Counted from the stretch's first letter, positions 39,028-49,868 are shown. The stretch is 64,000 nucleotides of DNA from Cyanobacteria bacterium P01_A01_bin.123 (GCA_039815185.1 JBCBZT010000010.1:64001-128000), one strand, 5' to 3'. Numbers and translations: made by a program. Notes: generated by a model not told the origin, from the letters alone.

Positions 39028-40929
39028 ATGCAAACTGACTACCCTAGAAACTCACAGCTTAAGTGGGCTAAATGGCAGTATTGGGCATTGCTGATGGGTT
39101 TTGGGATAGCGCTAAGCGGGGCGATCGCGTTATTTCCCTCAATCACGCTCTCGTTATCGTTGAGTTGGCAGGGTTGGTTTGTCATTGGAATAACGCTGCT
39201 GGCTTTTTTGCTCAATGCCCTGACCCAAATGGCCCCGGAGGTGATTTTTTTGGGGGGGGTAGCCGTCCTGTTACTGTCTGGCGTCTTGAGTACTGAGGAT
39301 GCCCTAGCAGGTTTTAGCAATAGTGGCATGGTCACCGTCGGGGTGCTGTATATCGTGGTCACCGGGTTGCAGCAAACGGGCGGTCTAATCTGGATTTCTC
39401 AGCATGTATTGGGATTACCTAAGGGGCTAACCCCAGCGCTGTTTCGCTTGGTCACCCCGGTAATGGGCCTGAGCGCTTTTCTCAACAACACACCCGTGGT
39501 GGCCATGTTTGTCCCCGTGGTAGAAGAATGGTCACGCAAATTGCGGTTGAGCCCGTCTAAGCTGATGATTCCTCTCAGCTATGCCGCGATTTTTGGGGGT
39601 ACCTGCACCCTAGTGGGTACCAGCACTAACTTGGTCGTTAATGGGTTGCTGATTTCTGAAACCGGGGCAGCGGGGCTGCAAATGTTTGACATTACGCGGG
39701 TGAGTTTGCCCTGTGCCCTCATGGGATTTGTCTATTTGCTTACAGCCAGTCGATTTTTACTGCCCGATCGCAAACCAGCCTTAGATATCGGTGATGATCC
39801 GCGTCAGTACACCGTAGAGATGGTGGTAGAAGCAGACAGCTCAATGATCGGTAAAACCATTGAACAAGCTGGGCTGCGCCATTTACCAGGGCTATTTTTA
39901 GGGGAAATTTTTCGGCAGGAGCAAATGTTGCCAGCGGTGGGGCCCCAAACTCGTTTACAAGCCCATGATCAATTAGTGTTTGTGGGGGTGATTGACTCGA
40001 TCGTTGATCTCCGTAAGCTGCGGGGGCTACATCCAGCCACCGATCAACTGTTCAAGCTGGATGCGGCCAAAACCGATCGCTGCTTGATTGAGGCCGTGGT
40101 CTCGAATACTTGCCCAATTGTCGGGCGCAGCATTCGGGAGGGGCAATTTCGTAGCCGCTATAATGCCGTGGTCTTGGCGGTGGCCCGCAATGGGGAACGT
40201 ATTCAAGGCAAAGTCGGGGACATTCGCCTGCGCCCTGGGGATTCACTATTGCTGGAAGCCCCGCCTTCATTTTTAGGTCGACAACGGGTATCGCGGGACT
40301 TTTATTTGCTCAGCGGCATCCCTAATTCGGAACCGTTGCGCCATGAACGCGCCCCTATGGCGATGATGATTTTGCTAGGGATGGTGATACTGGCTGCCTT
40401 TGGCTGGATGAGCATGCTAAATGCAGCTGTGTTGGCTTCGATAGCAATGATTGCTACCCAATGCTGTTCTGCAGAGCGGGCTTTTCGCAGCATCGAATGG
40501 TCGGTATTGCTGGTCATTGGGGCAGCCTTGGGTATTGGTCGGGCCTTAGAGACTACGGGGGCCGCTGCCCAAGTAGCTGGGGCATTTATCAACCTGGCCG
40601 GAGACAATCCCTGGATTGCCCTAGCTGTAATTTACTTAATCACTTCGATTTTGACTGAGGCAATTACTAATAATGCTGCTGCAGTTCTGGTGTTTCCCAT
40701 TGCCCTAGCGTTGTCCCAAAGCTTAGGGGTGAATTTTTTGCCGTTCGCGATCGCGATTATGATTGCCGCCTCCGCTAGTTTTTCGACCCCCATTGGCTAT
40801 CAAACCAACCTAATGGTTTATGGGCCTGGGGGCTATCGGTTTACCGATTTTATGCGGGTGGGCATTCCACTGAATCTGATCTTTGCGCTGATGACCGTCG
40901 CGATCGCGCCGTTAGTTTTCCCCTTTTGA
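39028..40929 (+). CDS. SLC13/DASS permease with TrkA-C (RCK_C) domains
   Basis: SAFLNNTPVV, GTSTNL, two RCK_C segments, TNNAAA and TPIGYQTNLMVYGPGGY. Confidence 0.92.
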   Translation: MQTDYPRNSQLKWAKWQYWALLMGFGIALSGAIALFPSITLSLSLSWQGWFVIGITLLAFLLNALTQMAPEVIFLGGVAVLLLSGVLSTEDALAGFSNSGMVTVGVLYIVVTGLQQTGGLIWISQHVLGLPKGLTPALFRLVTPVMGLSAFLNNTPVVAMFVPVVEEWSRKLRLSPSKLMIPLSYAAIFGGTCTLVGTSTNLVVNGLLISETGAAGLQMFDITRVSLPCALMGFVYLLTASRFLLPDRKPALDIGDDPRQYTVEMVVEADSSMIGKTIEQAGLRHLPGLFLGEIFRQEQMLPAVGPQTRLQAHDQLVFVGVIDSIVDLRKLRGLHPATDQLFKLDAAKTDRCLIEAVVSNTCPIVGRSIREGQFRSRYNAVVLAVARNGERIQGKVGDIRLRPGDSLLLEAPPSFLGRQRVSRDFYLLSGIPNSEPLRHERAPMAMMILLGMVILAAFGWMSMLNAAVLASIAMIATQCCSAERAFRSIEWSVLLVIGAALGIGRALETTGAAAQVAGAFINLAGDNPWIALAVIYLITSILTEAITNNAAAVLVFPIALALSQSLGVNFLPFAIAIMIAASASFSTPIGYQTNLMVYGPGGYRFTDFMRVGIPLNLIFALMTVAIAPLVFPF

Positions 40930-40995
40930 AGACTATTCTGACGGTTGGGGCTCAACTGTTGTTTTGTGGTGAATGAATGTTTCATTAATAAAATA

Positions 40996-41382
40996 TTAAG
41001 TCGCCGCGATCGCTTCAATTTCTAATTTCCATTTAGATTCCAAAAGCTGGCAGCAAATCACGGTTGAGGCAGGTTCGTTGTCGCCCAGATATTTCATTCT
41101 TAACTGCACATTCGGTTCATCATAGTCTGGGCTAGCTAAATAGGTTCGTAGGGATACGATGTTTTCATACCCCATGCCCGCAGATTTCAAGATTGTGCCG
41201 ATGTGTCCCCAAATCAATTCTCCCTGTGCTTCAAACGATTCGGGCAGGGTAGTGCCGTCGGGCAAATAACCGTTCAGACCACTAATGAATAAAATACGTG
41301 AATCACCACTGACTTCAACGGCGTGGCTGTAATTGTGGTACTGCGGAAATAGTTCTGTGGGGTTGTGTTTGGTGATCGGCAT
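40996..41382 (-). CDS. RidA/YjgF-family protein
   Basis: YSHAVEV, FISG, PAST..C.L....KLEIEAIA. Confidence 0.85.
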   Translation of the reverse strand: MPITKHNPTELFPQYHNYSHAVEVSGDSRILFISGLNGYLPDGTTLPESFEAQGELIWGHIGTILKSAGMGYENIVSLRTYLASPDYDEPNVQLRMKYLGDNEPASTVICCQLLESKWKLEIEAIAAT

Positions 41383-41631
41383 GTATTGAGGGGGCCTATG
41401 TTGGCTAACGCCTTGCTACTCCTTAGCATGCAATAGGGCGCTTAAACTAGCAATACTGGTACGGGCCTGCAATATTGGCGGGTAATTTAGCTAACTCACC
41501 CCTGATTGAATCAACGATCACACAGTATCCTGTGCGAAAATAGGGTGGGATTTGAGGAAACTTATCCTATTTCCGAAATAAACACATCCAATTTGTAGCT
41601 ATGGTTTGAATCAACTATAGGATGCTGCAGG

Positions 41632-42201
41632 ATGTCTGAGTCCCAAAATTCTCAAGATGAGCCAACACCAGAATCAACTTCTGATGCTTCGTCGGGTAAA
41701 TCCAGCAATGCTGCGGTACCCATTATTCTGGGTTGTGTTGGGTGTGGCTGTTTAGGGCTGATTATCGTGCCGATCTTGGCTGCGATCGCCCTCCCTAGCT
41801 TTTTGAATCAGGCCAATAAGGCCCGTGAAGCTGAAGCTAAGACGTATATGGGGTCAATGCTGAGAGCCCAGCAGGCATATCACATTGAAAACGCGGCTTT
41901 TTCATCCACTATTGAAGACTTGGGTTTAGGGCTTTCGACAGAAAGTAATCAATACAGCTACGTTGTGGAACTGCAACCTGATGGTGCCAGTGTGATGATC
42001 ACGGCTACCGCCAAAGAAGCAGGCATAAAGAGCTATGCCGGAGCAGTGTATGCCATTGGCAATGACCCAGCTACAGCTGTTACGCATAGCCAACTTTGCG
42101 AGAGTGATTCAGCCACAACAACGGCCCCAGCTTCTCCAGTACTTACGGATCCGACAACGCCCATGATTGAGTGTGCACCCGGTTCCAGTGAAGTCTTTTG
42201 A
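41632..42201 (+). CDS. Type IV pilin-like G/H-family protein lacking a canonical prepilin leader
   Basis: LAAIALPSFLNQANKAREAEAK.Y.GS..RAQQAY..E and C-terminal Cys pair; no G|FTLIE. Confidence 0.8.
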   Translation: MSESQNSQDEPTPESTSDASSGKSSNAAVPIILGCVGCGCLGLIIVPILAAIALPSFLNQANKAREAEAKTYMGSMLRAQQAYHIENAAFSSTIEDLGLGLSTESNQYSYVVELQPDGASVMITATAKEAGIKSYAGAVYAIGNDPATAVTHSQLCESDSATTTAPASPVLTDPTTPMIECAPGSSEVF

Positions 42202-42304
42202 GCAGTCTCTGACAAATTCAAAATCTGTATAAGTGGACGACGCCATGAAATATAAGACTACAGTGCAAGCATCTAGCTTGCATGTAGTTGAATCCCTGGT
42301 AGTT

Positions 42305-42339
42305 AGGGCGATCACTCTTCTTGGGTTAGCGATCGCCCT
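42305..42339. terminator. Hairpin between convergent genes
   Basis: AGGGCGATC ... GATCGCCCT inverted repeat. Confidence 0.4.
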
Positions 42340-42381
42340 TTCCTTATCTCCATGTCTGTTTCATCTTGGATTTCAGATTCA

Positions 42382-42840
42382 CTAATTTGAACAGGTATTG
42401 TAAAACAGCTCCATTGCCAGGCTGACCTTATTGTGAGCCTGCATTTGCTCTGCTTCCACCGCATTCACTTTTGCTTTGCCTTCGCGATCGCCAACAATGT
42501 AGCTGAGGTGGCCTTCCTCATTACTCGCCTCAATGAAGTGGTTGAGTGAAATCATTAGTCCGCGATAGGCCTCAACTAATTGAACTTGATGCGTTTGTAG
42601 TGCCTTGTTTCTAACATTCATTGCCGCCAAATCATCGGCTAGTTTTTGATAAATTTGAGCATTGATTTGATAGGTTTGGCGATTTTGGTTACCATAAGCG
42701 CGCCCAGATTCCGCTTGCTGAATGGTTTGCAAAATCTCTTTACACTGGGCAGTTTTACTCGGGCCACAGCTGGTAATCATGAGACTGAGGACTGCGATCG
42801 CTAGCATCGATCTTGTTAGGGTGACTGAGTTGTTTGTCAT
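42382..42840 (-). CDS. Hypothetical lipoprotein
   Basis: Signal peptide ending in MITSC (lipobox-like); helical body; GGAG RBS. Confidence 0.65.
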   Translation of the reverse strand: MTNNSVTLTRSMLAIAVLSLMITSCGPSKTAQCKEILQTIQQAESGRAYGNQNRQTYQINAQIYQKLADDLAAMNVRNKALQTHQVQLVEAYRGLMISLNHFIEASNEEGHLSYIVGDREGKAKVNAVEAEQMQAHNKVSLAMELFYNTCSN

Positions 42841-42994
42841 CAAAAATGATCTCCTCAATGCTTCAATCAACTGTCAGTACCCTATACATGTGACTTTCGA
42901 TACTTTGATTTAGCGTACCCAAACAAATCGCGATCGCACTGTTTTTTTTCGTGATCCTAGGAACGCAGCATGTATCCCATGATGGGCTCAACGA

Positions 42995-44125
42995 ATGACA
43001 CCAACAGAACTCAGAAGCACACTCATGAACAGGAAAAGGCTAATTCAAGTTGGCATAGGGTTATTAATGCTGCTAGTGCTTTTGGGGGTTGTACTATACG
43101 GTATGCACCAGCTGGGTGTGATTAATGCCTGGCAGTTACCCCTAAAGTCCATCATTGCCTTTTGGATCGGTGGCAGTGTGGCCTGTTTACTGATCGGATG
43201 GTTCAAACCTATTCGAGCCTTTAAAGCAAAACGCTGGTGGGTACGCGCATTATTAATTGGGGTAATCAGTCTAAACGCGATCGCATTTTTAAGCGCTTAC
43301 GGCATGACCCATCTCTGTTCGCCAGGGCAGATTTGCGTGGGTTTGCCAAGACCCAATAGTGATCAAACCCCCGCTGATTTAGGACTAGCCTACACAACTC
43401 AACGGCTGGAGGTGAATGATGCTGAGTGGATCGAGACCTGGTTCATTCCATCAGCACAACCGAGCAGCGGTACCGTCTTGCTGTTTCCCGGTAATGGCGG
43501 CAGCAAGGCAACCCAGTTGCTTGCCCCAGCCCAGGTTTTCCATGGATTAGGCTACGATGCGCTACTGACTGATTTTCGTGGGGTGGGGGGATCTAGTGGC
43601 CAGACGACTACCCTTGGCACCCGTGAAGCCCAAGATGTGGCTTTAGTGATGGCCCAAGCTGAGCAGTTGAATTTGACCCCACCGTTGACTTTGTACGGTG
43701 TGTCGATGGGCACTGCGGCGATCATGAACGCGATCGCCACTCAATCGGTTACTCCCGATGCGATCGTATTGGAGCTACCTTTTGTGCGTTTGGTCGATTC
43801 GGTTAAAAGCCGACTGCGCGCAGTCCACGTGCCACCCTTTCCCCTAGCCGAATTGATTGTATTTTGGGGCAGCATTCAACATGGGTTTAATGGCTTTACT
43901 CACAATCCAATTGTCTACGCCCAGCAAATTAACTCCCCTACCCTCGTGTTTCAAGGTGAACAGGATAAGTGGATTAGCGTGAATGAAGTGGAAGCATTAG
44001 TGCAAAATTTGCAAGGGCCCAAGCAGCTCGTGGTTTTCCCCAATGCAGGGCATAACCTTTTAGTCACCGTTGATCAAGCATTTTGGCAACGGCACATCCA
44101 GCAGTTTTTAAAAGGGTTGAGCTAG
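42995..44125 (+). CDS. Membrane-anchored alpha/beta hydrolase
   Basis: Three N-terminal TM helices, DFRGVGGS, GVSMG, GEQD and AGH. Confidence 0.88.
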   Translation: MTPTELRSTLMNRKRLIQVGIGLLMLLVLLGVVLYGMHQLGVINAWQLPLKSIIAFWIGGSVACLLIGWFKPIRAFKAKRWWVRALLIGVISLNAIAFLSAYGMTHLCSPGQICVGLPRPNSDQTPADLGLAYTTQRLEVNDAEWIETWFIPSAQPSSGTVLLFPGNGGSKATQLLAPAQVFHGLGYDALLTDFRGVGGSSGQTTTLGTREAQDVALVMAQAEQLNLTPPLTLYGVSMGTAAIMNAIATQSVTPDAIVLELPFVRLVDSVKSRLRAVHVPPFPLAELIVFWGSIQHGFNGFTHNPIVYAQQINSPTLVFQGEQDKWISVNEVEALVQNLQGPKQLVVFPNAGHNLLVTVDQAFWQRHIQQFLKGLS

Positions 44126-44204
44126 CGCTACTAATTTTGGATTGCCAGAATCTCTCCCCTGCCGCCTCTGCTTTCCCGGCCCGTCTCATCGACAACATTG
44201 GAGG

Positions 44205-44987
44205 CTAACGCTCTTCCCAAACCGCATTCACTAACGTCAGCGCTACCAAGGGGGCAGTCACAGCTCGCAAAATCGCGTGGCCTAGGGTGATGGGGGAATA
44301 ATCGGCAGCGATCGCGGCCTCAATTTCAGCCCCTGTCCAACCCCCTTCTGGCCCAATCGCAATAGCCAGGGGCCGTTGCCAATCGTGTTGGGTGAGCGCG
44401 TGACTGAGGGAGATCGGTTGGGGTAACTCCCTAGGGCTGGTGCTTGGCCATCGCGCCACGCAAATTACCCCAACCTTCCTTGGGTTGCCTTGCTGTAAAC
44501 CTTGAGCAAAGGGCACTGGGGAACTGATATCAGGCACGACTAATCGCTCCGACTGTTCGGCAGCTTCGGTGGCAATGCGCTGCCAACGGTTCAGTTTTTG
44601 GGCACTGGGACGTAGCAAGGTGCGATCGCTAATGATCGGCACAATCTGTTGCACCCCAATTTCAGTGGATTGGCGCACCACTTCGTCAAAGCCATTGCCC
44701 TTGGGTAGGGCAGCTAGCAGTATGACAGGGGGGCTCTGCATTGAACCGGAGGCGCTTGGAGCAGAAGCTGTTGGATTAGGGGTTATTAAGTCAGTAATGT
44801 GGGCAACTGAGTCGGCATCGGTCAGGGTGGCTAACCATTGTTGCCCCTGGCCGTTGAGCACCAAAAAGCGATCGCCCGGTTTGAGCCGTAGCACTCGATA
44901 GAGATAGTGGTGCTGGGCTGGCATTAGGTGTAAAGTTTCACCTAAAGTCTGGTTGGGTTCAAGGGTGATGCGTTGAAGCTGGGCCAC
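44205..44987 (-). CDS. rsmE: 16S rRNA m3U1498 methyltransferase
   Basis: HYL.RVLRL, EAAEQSER, IGPEGGW and LG..ILRAVTA. Confidence 0.95.
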   Translation of the reverse strand: MAQLQRITLEPNQTLGETLHLMPAQHHYLYRVLRLKPGDRFLVLNGQGQQWLATLTDADSVAHITDLITPNPTASAPSASGSMQSPPVILLAALPKGNGFDEVVRQSTEIGVQQIVPIISDRTLLRPSAQKLNRWQRIATEAAEQSERLVVPDISSPVPFAQGLQQGNPRKVGVICVARWPSTSPRELPQPISLSHALTQHDWQRPLAIAIGPEGGWTGAEIEAAIAADYSPITLGHAILRAVTAPLVALTLVNAVWEER

Positions 44988-44999
44988 GATAGGTTAACG

Positions 45000-46634
45000 C
45001 TACGAAGACTGACCCGCCAACTCGACGCCTTGGACATGTTGACGATACAGCATGACAATCTTATCCACCACTTGGGCAATCGTTAGGTTGTCTGTAATCA
45101 CCTCAATGGCATCAGCCGCTTTTTGCAAGGGGGCAATGGCGCGACTGCTGTCTAAGCGATCGCGTTCGTAAATCGAACGCTCTAACTCTTCTAAACTCAT
45201 GTTGGACTGCTGTTGGGTCACCAAGTCGCGTTGGCGACGGCGAGCCCGTTCTTGCACAGAGGCTGTCAGAAACACCTTAAGTTCAGCATCGGGGAAGACA
45301 TGGGTGCCGATGTCGCGCCCTTCCATCACCACTCCCCCGGCAACACCATACTGTTTTTGCTGCCCCAACAGGGTCTTGCGCACGGCAGCGTGGGCCGCAA
45401 TGTAAGACACCTGAGCAGTCACTTCGGGACTGCGAATCGCCTGGGTCACTTCTTGATCATTCACCCAAACCCGCGTCATACCAGGGCTCGGGGGAACATA
45501 GTCTAGACTACTTACCCCAGCAGACTCGTAGGCCAGATGAATATGGCAGTGAGGTAGCAGTTCAGCCACAGCGATCGCGTCTTGGGGGTCAATCGCCTCA
45601 TGGCGCACTAGCCAGGTCACGGCACGATACATAGCCCCAGTATCGAGATAAAGCAGGCCCAACTCTTCCGCCACTAACCGCGCCACCGTTGATTTACCTG
45701 CCCCGGCAGGGCCATCAATGGCAACAATTGGTTTACGCGATCGCAGCACGCAGTTATCAATCAAGCGGGTATTGCCTAAATAAGCTGCGATCGCCAATAG
45801 CCCAGCCGTTTCCACCTGCTCTAGAGGGGCCAGAGTTCTAGGATGGACGAGATCAACATATTCAAGACGTAGGGCTGGATACTGAGCCAGGGCGGTCTTG
45901 ACTGAGTTGATTAACGCCATGCGATCGCGTTCTCCCGTCTTAAATAGACTTTCCGCCACATTCAGGCTGTGATAGAGTCCTGGCGCTTGCTGCCGTTCAT
46001 CTGAAGTCAGGTACTGATTGCGCGAACTGTAGGCTAAGCCATCGGCCTCGCGTACGATCTGGCAGGGAATAATTTCTCCGGGTAGATTCAGATCTGCCGC
46101 CTGGCGGCGCAAAATTGCCAACTGCTGGGCATCCTTGCGACCAAAATAAGTCCGGTTGGGCTGAACTAGATTCAGCAGTTTAGTCACGACGGTAGCCACC
46201 CCTTCAAAATGGCCAGGACGAAACGAACCACACAGCACCTCCGTCATCGCAGGTGGTGGTATCACTTGGGTGATCTGATCGAGTTGCCCCCCTTCAGTCT
46301 TATAGAAAGCTTCAACTGTTGGGGCAAAAATCACATCCACGCCTTCAGTCTCACAAAGCTGCTGATCTTGATCTAAAGGACGAGGGTAGTGGCCTAGGTC
46401 TTCATTGGGTCCAAACTGCAGTGGGTTTACGAAAATGCTAACCACCACTCGGTCATTTTCCCGCCGGGCTCGTTGAATCAGACTCAAATGACCTGGATGA
46501 AGCGCACCCATGGTAGGTACAAGGCCAAGGGTTAAAGGTGCTGAGAACGAGTTGGCAGGGTCTTCAATCAATTGGCTCTGGCGGATCTGAGCCAAATAAC
46601 ATCGCAGTCCTTCTACGGTCTTAAGCAGCTGCAC
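45000..46634 (-). CDS. panC/cmk: Bifunctional pantoate-beta-alanine ligase / cytidylate kinase
   Basis: PTMGALHPGH, RPGHFEGV and SSRN, then AIDGPAGAGKST, DTGAMYR and EGRDIGT. Confidence 0.96.
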   Translation of the reverse strand: MQLLKTVEGLRCYLAQIRQSQLIEDPANSFSAPLTLGLVPTMGALHPGHLSLIQRARRENDRVVVSIFVNPLQFGPNEDLGHYPRPLDQDQQLCETEGVDVIFAPTVEAFYKTEGGQLDQITQVIPPPAMTEVLCGSFRPGHFEGVATVVTKLLNLVQPNRTYFGRKDAQQLAILRRQAADLNLPGEIIPCQIVREADGLAYSSRNQYLTSDERQQAPGLYHSLNVAESLFKTGERDRMALINSVKTALAQYPALRLEYVDLVHPRTLAPLEQVETAGLLAIAAYLGNTRLIDNCVLRSRKPIVAIDGPAGAGKSTVARLVAEELGLLYLDTGAMYRAVTWLVRHEAIDPQDAIAVAELLPHCHIHLAYESAGVSSLDYVPPSPGMTRVWVNDQEVTQAIRSPEVTAQVSYIAAHAAVRKTLLGQQKQYGVAGGVVMEGRDIGTHVFPDAELKVFLTASVQERARRRQRDLVTQQQSNMSLEELERSIYERDRLDSSRAIAPLQKAADAIEVITDNLTIAQVVDKIVMLYRQHVQGVELAGQSS

Positions 46635-46916
46635 AAATTACTCCTAACGCTGTTTTGTTTCCCAATGGGGTTTGAGAACACAAACTCCTTATTCTCTCAG
46701 TTCGTTGCCCCTTAATGTCTATTTTGACCGATCTTACAGGTGGCTATTGTGCGCTTAAGTAAGGTGCGGTCAGCAAAACGATGTCAGACTTGAAGCCAAA
46801 AAGAAAGGAACTCAGGAACCCGGAGAAAACAGCAAAAAAGGGCCCTACAACTGCAGAACCCTTTTCAAGAAAAGCGCTTCCTCCCTTGGCCGTTCGGGGA
46901 CGGAATGGTTGCTTTT

Positions 46917-48077
46917 CTAGGGCATCTCCAAAACCTCAACCCGCACAGGGCCGACGCCCATGTTCATTAGGCCAATTTGGCGAGCCGCTCCAGCGGATAG
47001 ATCAATGATGCGTCCGTGACTATAGGGGCCGCGGTCGTTAATCCGCACCACGACCTGCTGATTAGTGGCCAAGTTGGTGACACGCACCTGGGTGCCAAAA
47101 GGCAATGTACGATGAGCCGCAGTCATGGCGTTTTGGTTAAACACCTCACCGCTGGCGCTACGCCGACCGTGAAATCCAGGGCCATACCAAGACGCATTGC
47201 CGCTCATGCTGGCTCGCACCAATAAGGCGGGCACCTCAGGCTCTGGTTGGTCAATAATTTCGGTGAGCGGTGGTTCATTGCCCAACAATCGACGCAGACG
47301 ATTAGCGGCTTGCAGGGCATCCTGGGCGGGTTCACCCGTAGTATCTGGCAAAATCGCCGATTCCCCAACAGTGACCAACAAGGTTTCTGAAGCCTCGATC
47401 AAATAGGCTTCCTGCTCGTCATCCCACCGCACTCGAATAGTGCTGGAGTCAAAACTGTCTTGAGTGAGTTGGTTAATGCGAGCGGCGATCGCCGTCGCCC
47501 GAATCACCGGATCAAGATTAACATCATCGACTTCGACATCAGGCTGATCAGCATCCACAGCATTCACCGTGCGGGCAGACACAATCGTCAAGTCAGATGC
47601 TGCTGCCAATGACTGCCCAACAAAGGTCAAAACAGGGATATCACGGACATAAAGCGTCGCTGCTTGCTGGGAGTCGAAAGGATGGGCCTGAACTTGTACG
47701 ACCGACGCTTCGAAAGGCACCGGCATCACAACCGTTGGTTCTAAAGGTAAAATTCGGGCCTCAACAGCTGAGCCAGAGGGAACATCACTATCCTCAACTG
47801 CGTCTAAAAGATGAGTTGAGGCCGAGCCTTCACGAACCTCTGGCCCTCGTACGTCGGGCATTGCAGATGCAATTGCATTCCCCATGCCTGCATCCACCGC
47901 CGAAGCTACTGAGCCACTGCCACCATCAACCGGTTCAGCGTTCCCCCAGCTGGCGCTTTCCCCAGCGGGTGGCAGTGGGTTAACGTCATCAGTCTGCTGG
48001 GCGCTACCTGAAAGGGGTGCACCAAAAGCCGATACCATCACTGCAGCCGTTAGACTGCCTAAAAATTTTTGCTTCAT
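46917..48077 (-). CDS. rlpA: Septal ring lytic transglycosylase RlpA family protein
   Basis: C-terminal DPBB domain: ASWYGPGFHG, TAAHRTLPFGT, RINDRGP and IDLS. Confidence 0.92.
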   Translation of the reverse strand: MKQKFLGSLTAAVMVSAFGAPLSGSAQQTDDVNPLPPAGESASWGNAEPVDGGSGSVASAVDAGMGNAIASAMPDVRGPEVREGSASTHLLDAVEDSDVPSGSAVEARILPLEPTVVMPVPFEASVVQVQAHPFDSQQAATLYVRDIPVLTFVGQSLAAASDLTIVSARTVNAVDADQPDVEVDDVNLDPVIRATAIAARINQLTQDSFDSSTIRVRWDDEQEAYLIEASETLLVTVGESAILPDTTGEPAQDALQAANRLRRLLGNEPPLTEIIDQPEPEVPALLVRASMSGNASWYGPGFHGRRSASGEVFNQNAMTAAHRTLPFGTQVRVTNLATNQQVVVRINDRGPYSHGRIIDLSAGAARQIGLMNMGVGPVRVEVLEMP

Positions 48078-48618
48078 AAGTTCAATCAACAAGTGCTTGT
48101 GAAAACTGAGTGCGAGTTAGTGCGGCAGCGCATAGGCACAAAAACACACATTGCGCAGGCAAAAACCAATCTCAGACCATAACTATTTAGATTTCGCGCT
48201 TATTATTTGACCGACACGTAACGTAACACGAACGTCAAAGAATCTGGATCAGGGATTTCCAATCTCAGTAGATTGATGTTTTTTAGCACTTGAAAACTTA
48301 ATATTCTCGATGAAAGCCTTTTGTGGTCAGGGCTCTACTGCTTAAAAAAGTTGTAAAACCCCAATTCTGACTTTATTAACTTTTATATGTCAGCACCCTT
48401 AACTTATGGAAAACCAATCACTAATCTTGGAGAGCCTGACATTTTCTCACAAAAAAACTTTTAGAATATGCAACTTTATTGATATTCATTTGCGCTTACT
48501 TGATAATGCTTTCAAACCACAACGTGAAAATAATAAGCTTCTCAGTTTGGCATCGCGGTCCCCTAGAAAAATCCGCTTTATTTATATAAGACATAAACAA
48601 GACATATAGGATTTCTCC

Positions 48619-49671
48619 ATGGACTATCGCGAGGCTGGCGTTGACGTTGAAGCAGGTCGCCAATTTGTTCACAACATTCAAACACTGGTCGAGAGTACCC
48701 ATCGGTCTGAGGTGCTAAGTGGACTAGGCGGCTTTAGCGGTCTATTTCAACTGCCTACGGGTTACCAAGCGCCGGTGTTGGTATCTGGCACCGACGGTGT
48801 CGGCACCAAGCTTAAAGTGGCCAACGCCTTAAATCGCCATGATACGGTCGGCATTGATCTCGTTGCTATGTGTGCTAACGACGTGTTGACTTGCGGAGCC
48901 GAACCCCTATTTTTTCTGGATTATCTAGCCACAGGTAAATTGCAACCTGCCCAGCTAACCCAGGTTATCAGCGGGATTGCCACAGGATGCCGCCAAGCGG
49001 GATGTGCCCTCATTGGCGGTGAGACGGCTGAAATGCCAGGATTCTATCTGCCAGGGGACTATGATCTAGCGGGGTTTTGTGTCGGCATAGTTGAAAAAGA
49101 CCAAATTCTCGACGGTTCTCAGGTAAAAATTGGCGACGTGGCGATTGGATTAGCCAGTCAAGGGGTTCATAGCAATGGTTTTAGCCTGGTCCGTAAAGTC
49201 ATCGCTGAAGCGCACCGCCACGATCGTGCTGAACCCGGTTACGACTGGCAAACACAACCTGAAGTGCTTAAGGGGCAAACTTTAGGAGAAGCCTTAATGA
49301 TGCCAACCCAAATCTATGTCAAACCCGTTCTGGAAGTACGTCGGCAAGGGTTAGACTTGCACGGAATGGCCCACATCACGGGCGGTGGCCTACCCGAAAA
49401 TCTGCCCCGAGCCCTGCCCCCAGGGCAGTCAATCCAGATCGACGCCAGTCACTGGCCTGAACTCCCTATTTTTAAGTGGATTGCAACAGCGGGACAAATT
49501 TCTCCTGCAGAGATGTTCAATACCTTTAACATGGGGATCGGGTTCGTTTTGCTAGTCCCCTCTGACCAAGCAGCTCAAACCCTCAACTGGTTTGCCCAGC
49601 AAGAGATCGCTGCCTATCAAATCGGGGAGGTGATTGCTGGAGATGGTCAGATTGTTGGATTACCCACCTAA
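48619..49671 (+). CDS. purM: Phosphoribosylformylglycinamidine cyclo-ligase
   Basis: [28 protein letters not shown] and FNMGIG. Confidence 0.97.
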   Translation: MDYREAGVDVEAGRQFVHNIQTLVESTHRSEVLSGLGGFSGLFQLPTGYQAPVLVSGTDGVGTKLKVANALNRHDTVGIDLVAMCANDVLTCGAEPLFFLDYLATGKLQPAQLTQVISGIATGCRQAGCALIGGETAEMPGFYLPGDYDLAGFCVGIVEKDQILDGSQVKIGDVAIGLASQGVHSNGFSLVRKVIAEAHRHDRAEPGYDWQTQPEVLKGQTLGEALMMPTQIYVKPVLEVRRQGLDLHGMAHITGGGLPENLPRALPPGQSIQIDASHWPELPIFKWIATAGQISPAEMFNTFNMGIGFVLLVPSDQAAQTLNWFAQQEIAAYQIGEVIAGDGQIVGLPT

Positions 49672-49868
49672 TGTGCTGAAGCACTATTCGCGTTGACTGA
49701 AACCCCATCCGATTTGAAAATTTGACTAGGGGGCAAGGTTTTGTGCCCCTGCAAGGAAAACCATAGGTTTGGATGTGGCCAAGGTTTAGTTCAAGGGGAC
49801 ACTAGTTTTAGCATCTGTATCTATATATAGAGTTAACCCAGAGAAACCAATTTTAGGGAGATAGAGCA

